Part shown: positions 1 to 11,486 of the stretch, in pieces
How positions within the stretch are numbered: the first letter of the stretch is position 1
Layout: every line of letters starts with the position of its first letter
Assembly: GCA_039545335.1 (NCBI GenBank)
Contig: BCIN01000008.1
Location: forward strand, 300,363-320,362
Length of the DNA: 20,000 nucleotides
Source: Kondoa subrosea
Taxonomy: Eukaryota
Direction: 5' to 3'
The notes under the pieces: generated by a model
Told to the model about the DNA's origin: nothing
What the model saw: only the letters and a program-made list of their open reading frames with translations
Databases searched by the model: none
Program-made: the position numbers and the translations under genes

Positions 1-1821
1 TGTCCCTGTCGAAGCGAGTCTTCGTACAGGTAGAGACGGCACACCATTTCCGCAGGGTTCCCGGAGTCTCCACCAGCTGATTCAAAAGCTTCGTCCGCTC
101 CTGACACTGATGATAGCGATCATGGCATGTCCAGATGTGGTCGTGGATTAAGCTATCGGTAGCGGAGAGAAACCAACAGTGAGGGCAGCCCTTTGCTTTC
201 CTTCTGTTCCGATCGCGAAGATCGATTCCACGGTTCACTATGGACAAATTCTCCTGCTTGAGATGCGCAAGCTTGAAATGCTGCTCCAATATCAGCCAGG
301 CGGGATCATCGATAGCGCGTGTAGGGTAGCAAGGTGTGACATAATCACAAAGTGTAGCTGTAAGCTGTCCTCGTTTGTCTAGATCCTTCTCTTCCGCATG
401 GCAATGGTATCCTACGAAGGGCGGCGTTGTATGCTTTGTAGCAAATGCGTGATCTTCTATCTCCTTCCTACTTGATGAGAATTCTCTACAGCCTTGACTA
501 GAACAGTACCATATTTGCGTTGGTCGATCGTGTATCAGAGCGTGGAGGGCCGAAGTAACAGTGCTCTCCGATTTGAGAGAATGCTTTCCGTAGACGGCTG
601 GCGCGAAGTATGGGTGAGCAGCACCTTGATTATCTACCAAATGCATGAGCTTGGGGACATAACACAACTCCAGACCATACAGGGCGGATGTGGATGCTCG
701 ACAGAGGCCCCACGGAATTGCTGATGATCTGCAAAATGCATCAGTCTGCGAACATATTAATCAGCAAGGCTTGAGATCCGAAGACACACAAGGGAGTTCT
801 TGCGAATTGCGGACGTTTTGATTTTGGACGTGCTGAGGAGGCTGAGAGATGTGTGATGCTGAAACCGAAGTTAAGAGACATGCAGTCGCAATTGCAGAAA
901 AGAAAACAAACGTTCAGGATGAGATCCAGCTGAACCATGATCATGATTTTCGAGATGGCCTCTAGGCTGGAACGTGACTGGAGGATGGATGGGCTGGGTG
1001 CTAGAACCAGCACCGCCTGGATAGTTTGACAATTGTCAGCGGGGAAAGTGAAATCCGAGGCCCTAATACCTGCTGTGAAGCTTGAGTACTGCGACTGTTT
1101 ATTCGAGCTTCAATTTCGGACTATAGCCAAAGTATATGCATACCTGAGCAAGGGTGGCTATTGATCATTCCTCAAACGTTATCCTCATATAAAATTGACC
1201 TTCACGTACTAGAAGTTGCATCCGGACGACAAGTCAGCGCTCCGATATCTTGAAGATTGGAAAATGGATGTCCGAATGCGTCAGCAGCCCCTATTATTCG
1301 ATACGACATCGTGATCGGCATAAGTTTCCCAAGCCCGCGATCAACCTACCTGCTGCATATTGCTGATATGAATGCTAACCATGCAGTATTAGCTCTTTAA
1401 TTCAATATACAACAGGCCTACAGGAGCCGGTACACCTTTCGGAAGAACATGTCAGAAGCAGTCATCCTGGTATCAAATCCGACTAACCAGAATTTCCACC
1501 ATTGTGAGTATTCATTGGACTCATGGAGCGAATGTTACTGGGCGCGACATGTCCAGGTTTGTCAGCACCGCCTCCAGAACAAATGGTAAGTATCCATCTT
1601 CGGGAACGGATTTCATTCTACCTGTTTGGAATTGATGATGCTCAGGTTGATATTGAGGCTATTGCCGGTTAGCATCATCATATAGAGGGTTCTAGTAGAA
1701 GAGGCATACCGGAGGTTGAACTATCGATATCACAATAACTCAGAAGTCATCTTCGAGCAAAATAGCCCGACTCACTAGCATTGCCATGTTTGTCGTGAGT
1801 TGATCCTTGGGCGTCGTTCAT
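1..1821 (-). CDS. C2H2-type zinc-finger protein with a Q/P/H-rich, micro-exon-encoded N-terminus; 3' end runs off the window
   Basis: Manual splicing gives exons 1821-1776, 1720-1710, 1658-1622, 1571-1488, 1435-1422, 1374-1350, 1290-1210, 1157-1144, 1094-1070, 1016-912, 858-790, 728-681 and 633-<1, all GT-AG and in frame. The last exon is open to the window edge. It encodes CSSQGC-x12-HAFATKH, CPHC-x12-HIWTCH, a degenerate YHC...LCDY...HFKLAH finger and a further CAVSTC at the edge. The ORF track misses it because there is no stop in the window. The start codon and small exons are less certain than the finger exon. Confidence 0.7.
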
Positions 1822-2455
1822 ATTGACTGATTCGATTTGAAAGTTGAAGAAGACAGTGGTTGGAAAAGAAGAACAGAAGAGAAGAAGAAATGCAAGCGAC
1901 AACAAAGGATAGCTTTCGAAAGATCTTGAGCCTTGAACATCATCTCAGAGCAACTAAAGCATGCTTGCTACAGCCATGAAGCAGACATACTCATTCCATG
2001 CAACTTCCTACAGCATCACATGGGTCAATCGTCTGAGCAACTGAGTTCAGGTTCTCTAGCTTCGCCTTCATATCGCAAAGAGGAGGCAGTGGTAAGATGA
2101 CGGAATATATCAAATCAATACGGAAAACGAATAAGCACAGCGAGGTTCTGTTACATCAGTAAATCTGCCCAAAGCGTGTAAGCGTCGCAAGTTGGATTTG
2201 TTCCACGCAACAGCGCTTGCGTGAGCCATGCTTGCACAAGAATAGCCAAGAACAGGAAATGCGACAGGAAATCAGCGAAACGAAGCAGGGTATAAAGAAC
2301 AGCATCTGTATTGCAAGTCCGTTTTTGCGATCGAGAATTGCTTGCCGAATCATCCATCATTGCATATACAACTCCATGCTCATCCAATAGCAGCCCTTGT
2401 GACAGGTCGAGTAGATTGGTTGTAAAGGCGGAATGATGTTCAAGGGTTTATGCGA

Positions 2456-3109
2456 TTAGATGAAGCCAATCTATCAGCCATCGTCAGTGTCTACTTCTTC
2501 AATCACAAGTATAAACCAACCTTGTTAGCGACATCCAAAGCATCAACGTCAGGTAGCAGTCTAATGAATGCCTTTTTCTTTCCATCCGGGCTGTACATTC
2601 GCTTGTGATCAGGCTTGTCAAGCTTTACGAGAACAAGGCCGCTCACCGAATGAGAGTGTTGATTGAAGCAGCCTCAACATCGTACAACTTCTTGATGGCC
2701 TGCTTGATGTGCCTCTTGTTTGCTTTGATGTCGACAAGGAAGACGAGGGTGTTGTTGTCTTCGATCTTCTTCATTGCGCTTTCAGTGCAAAGAGGTTGGA
2801 CAATAGTCCTGTAACATAACCAGCACATTGAGCTCTCGTACTCTTGAATTGCCTGCAAATTTCATTTTTGACAAACCTGTACTGGTCCATTCTTGGTGCA
2901 TGAGGAATGCTCTTTCGTGGGTACTTGGGTTTACGAGCAAGGCGAAGAGTAGTAGGGCGGTGGAAAGTGGTGCTGGTGCGAACCTTTCGCGAAGTGTGAG
3001 ATCCTGTTCCCTTCAAAGCGGCCTTCTTTGCTGCTTTCGCTTTGGCATCTTGTGGTTTAGTAGCAGAGCTCTTGCCCTTGGAGCTCTTGGTATCAGCCTT
3101 GCTGGACAT
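2456..3109 (-). CDS. RPL25: 60S ribosomal protein L25 / L23a (uL23), 159 aa, 4 exons
   Basis: Exons 3109-2877, 2808-2647, 2590-2521, 2470-2456. Family motifs: [74 protein letters not shown]. Confidence 0.97.
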
Positions 3110-3679
3110 ATTAGGGAGTTCGAAGAGTTTCTCGACGAGGGGAAATTGCTCTTTGAAATCCGTCGGATTTGCCGGGACTTGATGCCGGTCGCTCTGTAGG
3201 AGAGTGGAAGAGGCTCTTCCCTTCCTGCCTCTCTCTCCATCTCTCTTTAAGAGGGTCTTCGCTGGATCTGGCTCGCACACAGAGCGCACTCTAGAGTTCT
3301 CAATTTTCTTCACTTTATGCTACAGTATAGGCTTTTGTCAATTCCGCAAGCAGCGCTGCTCTATATGTTTGCTTCTCTCCTCCTTCTCATCCTTGTCTTC
3401 ATCATGTCACCGCCCTCGAGCGAAAAGCTTTACTTTGTTTTCTGTCACCTACCTTGTAAAAGCGCGTCGCATGAGCTGTCAAATGCGTTACGTAGTTCTC
3501 ACTCGTCATCACTCTGTATCATACGGCGGATCTTGCTCAAGATGCTTCTCACATGTTAACCTTACTAATTGTGGTTATGTTATTTTTGGTCACTGATCAG
3601 TGATTAATAAACAATCACGCCTATCCGCTCAAGCATGCTTTGCCCCTGTACAACCACTTCTTCCAGTAGTGAAATCAAT

Positions 3680-4495
3680 ATGTCTGACGCATTCTACGAG
3701 TTTGTTGAAGCTCGCCGGAGTTACTACGGAATCAAGAAAGAATCGACTCTCTCCGATGAAGAGATCGTAGAGTCAGTCCGAGCATGGTCCGAAGTATATC
3801 TAAGGTCCTCATCTGTTTGCTGTGTCAGGCTGGTTCGAAAAGCGGTCAAACATTGTCCAACTGCTTTCAATATGCAATCCACTCGAGCTGTGGTTTTCTT
3901 GGGTGATGAGAGTGTCAAGGTAGAGCTATATTGAAGTCCTAGATTGCTCACATGATGCTGAGCAGTAATAACTTGATTATAGCTCTGGGACATTGTTGAA
4001 GAAGAATATGCCAAAACTTTAAACGATGACAAGGATAAGATTGAGACCAACAAGAAACGTATGGATTCTTTCAAAGCAGCATACGGCACTATTGGCTTCT
4101 TCGAAGATCAATCCGTTCTTGATTCTTTTCGACAGAAGATGACTCAATTCCCTAAAGAAGCTTTCGAAGTCTGGTCAGAGAACTCTACTGGTATCTTACA
4201 ATACATCGTTTGGACTGCTCTCAAAGCAGAGGGGATGGGCGCTAGGTAAGAAGATCAATTATCTTCACTCGCGTATTGCCTTCCGCTAATCTTGGTTCCT
4301 CTCGTGCACAGTCTCCAGCATTACTTCTCTTTCTCTCCTGCTATTCCCAAAGCAGCCAACAAGACATTCAATATCGACGAGAACTGGAAATGCACCGCTA
4401 TTATGCCTTTCGGTGTTCCTACTGGAGGTCCTGGTCAACCCGGTCGAGAAAAGACCTTTGACAAGGTTGAAGAAAGGGTTAGAGTCATCCAATAG
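3680..4495 (+). CDS. Nitroreductase-family protein, Frm2/Hbn1-like, 209 aa, 4 exons
   Basis: Exons 3680-3771, 3829-3919, 3983-4245, 4312-4495 (630 nt, in frame). Motifs ARRSYY, KHCPTAFNMQSTRAVV, FKAAYGTIGFFED, VWTALKAEGMGASLQHY and MPFGVP are typical of this subfamily. Confidence 0.9.
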
Positions 4496-4638
4496 ACGTC
4501 AAGCCCAGCGATAGTAAAGAAAGTGTTATACTTTGTACCGACTGTTTATAAGCGTTAGATAATCGATAATTGATAAGCCAGAGACATTTCCGACTTGACG
4601 CTTTCGAAGTTCATATATCCCTTCATCTGTTAGTAACG

Positions 4639-5415
4639 ATGGCCTTTGACAAGTCTGCGAATCAGTTGCTGGAAGCAATCTTTGGCTGTATAGAAGACGA
4701 CATTATACCCAAGACTAGAGAACGCGTCAAGGCCGGGTGCAAAGTGTTTGGAGCGGCAATCTTGCGAAAGAGTGATCTAGGACTAGTACGTTGTCATGAA
4801 CGATGCAAAGATCAAAAGATCATCTCTACACAGGTGATTGCAGAAACCAACAATGAAATCACTCAGCCGCTCTTTCACGGAGAGGTCCATTGCATCTTCT
4901 GCTATAACAACTTACCTAATCGACCCTCTCCAAAAGACTGCATCTTCGTAACAACGCATGAACCATGCAGCCTTTGTCTATCTGCAATCACTTGGTCTGG
5001 CTTTGATAACTTTGTTTACCTGTTCTCGTCAGTGATATCCTCATTCTCGATTCGACTTGAGCTGATATCGTAGTCCAGATACGAAGACACTAGAGATGCA
5101 TTTCAAATACCATACGATATTCAAGTCAGTCCGTCGCCAGGTACTTAAAGGCAATCACTGACGAGGCAGCAGATACTCGAAGCGGTATACAAAGTGCAAG
5201 GGAAAGAAGAGAAGGAAGACTTCGATCAACGACTCTTGTACAATAGAGAGAACGCTTTCTTCAAAGCGTTGAGCGTAGCGGATTTGATAGCGAAGCTGGA
5301 ACCTAAAGAGCAAGAACGTTTTCAAAGGAGGAAAGCAAAGCTGAATGAAGAGTATGCAAAGTTGTCCGAAGTGTACCAGAGCAGCAAAGGAAATGCTGGC
5401 ATTCCACTAGCGTGA
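4639..5415 (+). CDS. Zn-dependent cytidine-deaminase-fold nucleoside deaminase, 209 aa, 4 exons; substrate unknown
   Basis: Exons 4639-4785, 4834-5027, 5079-5124, 5173-5415 (630 nt). The last acceptor is a CAGCAG NAGNAG. Catalytic motifs HGE and THEPCSLC (HxE...PCxxC), with an upstream FGAAIL. Confidence 0.9.
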
Positions 5416-5885
5416 AATCGCGTATGACAAGTTGCGAGGAAGAAATGGAGCATGATCAACTGAGTTGAGAAGAACCTGATCAAAGACCTCGTCGACTGTT
5501 TGCTACGCGTTCAAAGTGACAGTAAGGCGAGTCAGTGTCATCGGAAGGGAATTCATGATCAAGCTGAGTTTGCGAAGAGGCTTAGTGAAGCATAGTGAAG
5601 CGCAAGTCGATTAATTCGAACGAAGGGAAAAGGTCGGGCAGAGTGGTAGAGGAAGGCTTATCCCTGAACTTATGCAATTGAGACCAGTAGACCATTGCTT
5701 AAGTAGTTCGGTAGCCATACACAGTATAGGGACTAAGAAGAGCGACAGCGTATATACGAGATGCAAAGATAAAAAGGCTGCAGACAAAGCCAAGAAGACA
5801 CATTCGAAACAGTACAGCAGTAGCAAGACAAGGCATAGCAGAGCATAGCGAGCATAATTTACAGAGTGACAGCCATGAGAATGCT

Positions 5886-6951
5886 TTAGGGAAGCCTCTT
5901 TCCATCATCGCCATATACAAGTACTCCAGCGCATCGTTTCTGTTCTGTCAGTGCTGCACGTAATTCGATCAATCGGGACTTCCCATCGTGCTGATAATAG
6001 TGTCCTGATAGCCAGGCATATTTGACCACATTGTTCTGATCGACATAATGCAACAAAGGCACTTCCGAGACCTTTTCTATGCCATCTTTGTCCTTGATGA
6101 TGATCCGACGAGGCATTTCTAGAGCATGACCGCGCAGGTAAGGATCGGTAGGCGATGGATAACGAATTATCGTAACATTCTCTCGGGGTTGACCTGCGTG
6201 TTTGTAGTCGTGAACTTCGAAATAATCGATCTGTTGGCCTCCTGATACAATGCTATCGTGCCTATAGCAGAAGCGCTGATGAGGTCCAGAAGGTTCAATG
6301 ATGGTTGGCCAGTGTTCGGGTTTATTGATAAGATCCTTATGCTGTTGATGAAAAGCTTCCGAATTCTGCAAATGACTTTACTGACAGTGATTGAGCACAC
6401 AGAGAGAGATACTAACTCTAGGCTGCATGCCCTGGGCTTCTTCCAATTGCTTTCTGTTCGAACGCAGCTCGTCAGGGAATTTGCCCTGCGGTACAATTCA
6501 GCTGTATCGGTGCAGATTGGAAAGGGCTTACATCCGGGAATAGCTGATATATGCTTTGCCATTCTTGATCGTGGCTATACGCAGAAGCAGTATGAAGTTG
6601 GGCCAGGCTAACAGGGTTCTGCTTGTCTAGTACATTGATTTGAGTCCTTGCTGGCGTGTATGGATTGTTCTCGTCCATCAAGGACCTTTGAGGAGCATGA
6701 GCAGACTCATCTAAAGGCGTATCGACAGGCAGATTACGGATACGGCGCATAGTCTCTGAAGATACTGTTGAAGAAGGCGAGATGGCCCGGGCAGGTTGAC
6801 CAAAGTTATGGACAGGAGAAGGCCCGACGTGATGAGAGAAGTCATCTTCCAAGTTCATACGTCCTCGGCGAGCGCTATATCGTTGGTAGTCGTGAGCACC
6901 AGGGAAGTCAGCATCAGGAAAGTCGCCATATCCGTGATAAGGTAAAGGCAT
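5886..6951 (-). CDS. Hypothetical protein, about 322 aa, 3 exons
   Basis: Exons 6951-6532, 6485-6417, 6365-5886. Introns GTAAGC...CAG (46 nt) and GTTAGT...CAG (51 nt) join two ~160-aa ORFs in frame through GKFPDELRSNRKQLEEAQGMQPR. No domain recognised; start codon uncertain. Confidence 0.65.
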
Positions 6952-7713
6952 GCTGAAAGCTAGATCGTCGAGATGAGAGAAAGCAAAAGCCGAATGAGCA
7001 ATCTCCAGATAGAGAAGAAAGGGAAAGCATGATCGCCTATCGTGGCCGTAGATCGAGTCAGAGCGTTTGTATAGTGAGGGAGCGAGGCATCAGTACTGTC
7101 ATACTGGAGGAGCATGAGTTGTCGAAAGGGGGATCCAAACAATGAGTCGAGTCTTCAGATCAAAATTAGTAGGGCGTCAATTCGTATGCTTCATGGAATG
7201 AAGAACAGGACCAATAGACGGCAGGCATCCGACAATGAGACAGGCCAGCTCTCCAAACCAAGAATGAGCATCTGACCTCGCCAGCGATTCGCTCCTTCGA
7301 GGATTTGAGACTTGATGATGACTGTTTTGCATTGGGACGGTCTGAAAATTACAATCCACGATTCGCAGCAGCATGCAAGACCAATTGGACAGGAAACTTA
7401 TTGTTCGAGAAACTCCAGCTGCAGTTCGAGAATGGTGATCTCCAGAGCGATTAGTCTGCACCACCAGCGATCATAAAGCGAGACGATCAGCGACTCAACC
7501 TGGCAGCGAAGGCGACAGCATAGTCACGGCTTTCAACAAGCATTGCAATGCCAAAACTTGGTCAACCTGTATCAACGACTATCGCGCCCGATGACCACGC
7601 TAGACACGCGACTCTCAGCCTTGAGCTTGGATCCTGAAGGCAGCAGCAAGCTCCAGTCCAAAGTGAGCGAGATCTCATCCAAAAGTAAACACAAGAATTG
7701 TGTTTGACTTCGT

Positions 7714-9087
7714 ATGTCACAGTTTCGAGCTGGAAAGACTAATGAAGCAGAAAGCAGAGCCCCTCTGACTAAGATCCAAACGACTTCGCAATCGAAAACT
7801 ACTACTTTCAAGCCTACTCGGCCTGCCTCCAATGCTGTCCCTTCCTCTTCCACTTCTCGTTCTGTTCCATCTTCCCAATCTTCTGTCGCATCTTCTTCTC
7901 AGCCTGTTGCGGCTCCTTCGTTAGATTTCGGTCGGTATGACGGAGGCTTGGAAAGGGATGAGGCAGCTGCTAGAGGTGATGTGATTGAAGGTGAAGCGGC
8001 AACGGAATTGGCATTGGATTCTAGCTCTTCAAAGTGTGTCACTTCACTGCTCTTGTCTTTACCGAACTAATTGTACAAAAAGATTGACTCGCCCAACGAA
8101 ACCTTGGAAATTTTCAGATTTCGAACTAGGTCGTGCTCTAGGCAAAGGCAAATTCGGCAGAGTTTATATGGTCCGAACAAAACATACAGAACCTCAATAC
8201 ATTCTCGCTCTGAAGTGCTTATACAAATCAGAACTCGTCAAGGATAAAGTAGAGAAACAGACACGAAGGGAAATCGAAATCCAATCGAATCTTCGACATC
8301 CTCATATCCTTAGACTGCATGGTTATTTTCATGACGAAAAGCGGATCTTCTTGATGCTTGAGTTTGCTGGAAAGGGAGAACTGTATAAGCAATTGTCGAA
8401 ACATGGCAAGTTCAGCGAAAAGAGATCGTCAAGGGTCAGTGCAGGTCATAAGCTCTATCAGTCTATCGCTGATTCAAAGGTTACCGCATCTGACAGTACA
8501 TCGCGCAAATGGCCGACGCCTTGCAATATTTGCATAAGAAACATGTCATTCATCGAGACATCAAACCTGAGAACATTCTGCTTGGCCTGAATGGTGATTT
8601 GAAGATAGGCGACTTCGGTTGGTCAGTGCATGCTCCGTCAGATCGGTGAGCTATTTCCCATCTGATCGAGGTCGAGCTGAAAACATTGATAGTCGATCAA
8701 CACTTTGCGGAACTCTCGATTACCTACCTCCGGAAATGGTCGAGGGCAAACATCATACAAGAGAAGTCGATCTTTGGGCACTAGGAGTATTGACGTATGA
8801 ATTCTTGGTCGGCGCTCCACCTTTTGAAGAGCTCAGTGGGGCGCAAGCGACCTACAAGAGGATAGCGAAAGTCGATTTGAAGATCCCCGAGACTGTTTCG
8901 GCTGAAGCAAAGGATTTGATAAAGAGTGTGAGTTGAATATCATACGGATAAGACGTAGGCTGATGTGATGCAACAGCTCTTGCGACATGATCCTGAAGAT
9001 CGCTTGCCGATAGCAGATGTATTGAGGCATCCTTGGATACTAAAGTATAAGAAGACGAAAGACTCGCAACAGCTGGAAGCAATCTAG
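7714..9087 (+). CDS. IPL1: Aurora serine/threonine kinase (Ipl1/Ark1-like), 388 aa, 5 exons
   Basis: Exons 7714-8033, 8083-8434, 8497-8645, 8693-8927, 8977-9087 (1167 nt). Motifs [62 protein letters not shown]. Confidence 0.96.
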
Positions 9088-9366
9088 CGTCGCGTTTACT
9101 TATTGTGATAATGTACATTTGTCGGTAGCACAGTTCAGTTTGCATTCCAATCACATGGCATAGAGCATCTTTTAGCCAGTCTTTGCAAGTTCGAAGTCTA
9201 CACTTCGACGTGTATAAGATTCACTCCTTGTTCCGGACTTTCACGTTGAATCGGTCGAGAATTGCTCAGATACCACACAAAGCTCCTTATCACTGATCAG
9301 AGCTGTGATATCGCGTAGGAACAACCGCACTTGGCTTCGTGTTAATCCAGAAATACGTGATACATT

Positions 9367-11281
9367 ATGAGCGCCGTCAAAGAAGCCACTGCGGCCTCCA
9401 AGAAGCAGTCTGATGAAGTGTTCAAGATTCTCAGAGCTCAAAAGGCCAATAAGGTTAGTCTGCCACGCTTGAAGCATGCTGTCCATGCTGAATTATCGAA
9501 TTCGCCAGATGTGCTTTGATTGTAAGTCTACATGCATCTAACCATTTGCGGGCCTAGCTAAAAGGATACTTACAGGCCAAGCAAAGAATCCTACTTGGTC
9601 CAGTGTTACTTTTGGCGTTTATATCTGGTGAGCGCGACAGATAGTCAAAGTCTTGCTCGAGCTAAGCTTTCCTCTAGCTTGGACTGCTCAAGCAATCACC
9701 GCAATTATGGTGTCCATGTATCCTTTGTCAGGTCGACCAATCTCGATCTATGGCAGTACCAACAACTGCGCACGATGAAAGTCGGCGGCAACGCTTCTTT
9801 TAGCGAATTCTTAGCTCGTCATCCTGGCAGCGCTAGTAGTGGTAACGTCAAAGACAAATATACTTCAGCAACAGCTACCAAATACAAGGAGGAACTAGGC
9901 AAAAGAGCAGCTGCTGATTTAGCGCAATTTGGTATCGGTCACGTTGTTTTAGCGGACAGCGGTGTAGATATCGGCGGAGCTCTGGTAGTGGACGACAAGG
10001 ATGGAAGCAAGGATGATTTCTTCGAATCTTGGGATAAGCCAGCAGTACCAAAACCACTCAAAAACGATGCGACTGCTCCTCCTCCTCAAATCTCTCTTAC
10101 GCCAAATTCTTCTCGTCCTGCAACACCCAGAGCTTCTTCACCTGCTCCTCCTACTCCTACTGAAGCAACTAAACCAGTTGCACCTACAGCTCCCCGAACG
10201 GTCTCTTCTTCCGCTTTACGAAACGCTACACCAGCTACCGCAGGTGGTCGAGCAAAACTTGGTTCTCGTCTCAACTCAGCATCCAGTATCACAGGCTCAA
10301 CTACTTCCACAAACGCAGTAGGAGGTTCTAAATCGAAACTAGGAGCAAAGAAAGCAAACGTGACTATTAATTTCGAAGAAGCAGAACGAAAAGCTAAAGA
10401 AGAAGAAGAAAGGATCAAGAAGTTAGGATATGATTCGATCAGAGAAGCAGAGGAAGCTAGCAAGAAACAAAAAGAAGCTCAGAATGCTGCTATGGCTCAA
10501 GCGGCTAGAGATAATGCTGCTGCTTCTGCTGCTGGAAAACATCAGAGAAAGACTAGCGATAATGAACGATTGGGGATGGGCATGGGACGATTAGGGTTTG
10601 GTCAGACTATGGGTGTTAGTGGAGAAGAAAGCGCGAGGTTGGCTGCTCAAGCCAAGAAAGCTGCGGATAGAAAAGCTGCTGGATATGATGATGGTACGTC
10701 AAGACCGCTCACATGCGATGAGGATCGCTCATCAGCACCGACTGTTTCTCGCACAGATGCGCCTGCCGATATTCCTACTTATGCAAGAGAGAAGTTTTCA
10801 GCTCAGAAGGGCATATCGTCGGACCAATACTTTGGTCGCAACTCCTATGATCCCGAAGCTGCTCGAAACGCTCAATCTCGTTTAGCGCAATTCGCAGGAG
10901 CTACATCGATCTCTTCTAATCAAGTTAGTTATTCTATAGAAAGTTGCATTTTGTGCTGAGCCTCTTTTGCAGTACCATGGCATCAATGAAGATGAAGCCG
11001 ATTTGGAAGAGTCTATATTGAACGGAGATTCACTAAGTAGTCTAGAACTTGGAGCTAGACAATTGGCGAAGACAGCAATGCAAAGCGCTGGATATGAAGA
11101 TATCAACCAGTTGAAGGATGCTGTAAGAGATGGAGCACTCAAAGTGAGTATACTTGTCCACATAACTATTATCAGCGCTGATCTTGTTCATTTATCAGCT
11201 GGGCGATTTCTTGCAGCGAGTAAGTCTGAAACTGTTTATGCCAGGAATTTGCTAATCTCTGCGCGATTGTAGTATGCATAG
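9367..11281 (+). CDS. GLO3: ADP-ribosylation factor GTPase-activating protein, Glo3/ArfGAP2-3 type, 511 aa, 8 exons
   Basis: Exons 9367-9453, 9509-9521, 9576-9627, 9678-10693, 10757-10923, 10973-11143, 11199-11219, 11273-11281 (1536 nt). Zinc finger CFDC-x16-CLDC followed by HRNYGVHVSFVRSTNLD. C-terminal Glo3 motif KGISSDQYFG...ATSISSNQY. Confidence 0.93.
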
Positions 11282-11486
11282 AGTGTTGCAGATATAGGAT
11301 GATAGAGGAACATATTGCATATCGTATCTCGTTTCAGTGACAGCACGTTCCGAAAATCTTTACAAGCTTGTTCTGCATACGCGAGGTTTCTTTCACTAAA
11401 CTTTAAGAAAATCTGCCTTGTCGCTCTCTTTGGCTTTCTGTATTTGGAAAGAAGAGGGATGAGCCTGTTCTGGCCTTTGGGTGTGC

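Noticed and set aside
2151..2387. Two overlapping short minus-strand ORFs between RPL25 and the zinc-finger gene
   Set aside because: No homology cue or splice link to either neighbour; probably RPL25 3' UTR or promoter DNA.
2771..3313. 180-aa ORF suggesting a 68-aa N-terminal extension of RPL25
   Set aside because: Family-like sequence begins at the ATG at 3109 and gives a normal 159-aa protein. The upstream frame is most simply UTR/promoter, and the ORF tail is intron read-through.
3590..3603. Perfect 14-bp palindrome TCACTGATCAGTGA in the RPL25/nitroreductase divergent promoter
   Set aside because: About one such palindrome is expected by chance in 20 kb, and it matches no motif I know.
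6167..6562. 131-aa minus-strand ORF (MAKHISAIPGC...) as an exon of the orphan gene
   Set aside because: Its frame cannot be joined to the 5886-6365 exon with the available splice sites, whereas the alternative three-exon model uses consensus sites and stays in frame.
10086..10463. Antisense ORFs over conserved genes (also 2828-3199, 3724-4089, 6258-6611, 11396-11845, 14045-14559)
   Set aside because: Shadow frames of real coding exons with no independent protein features.
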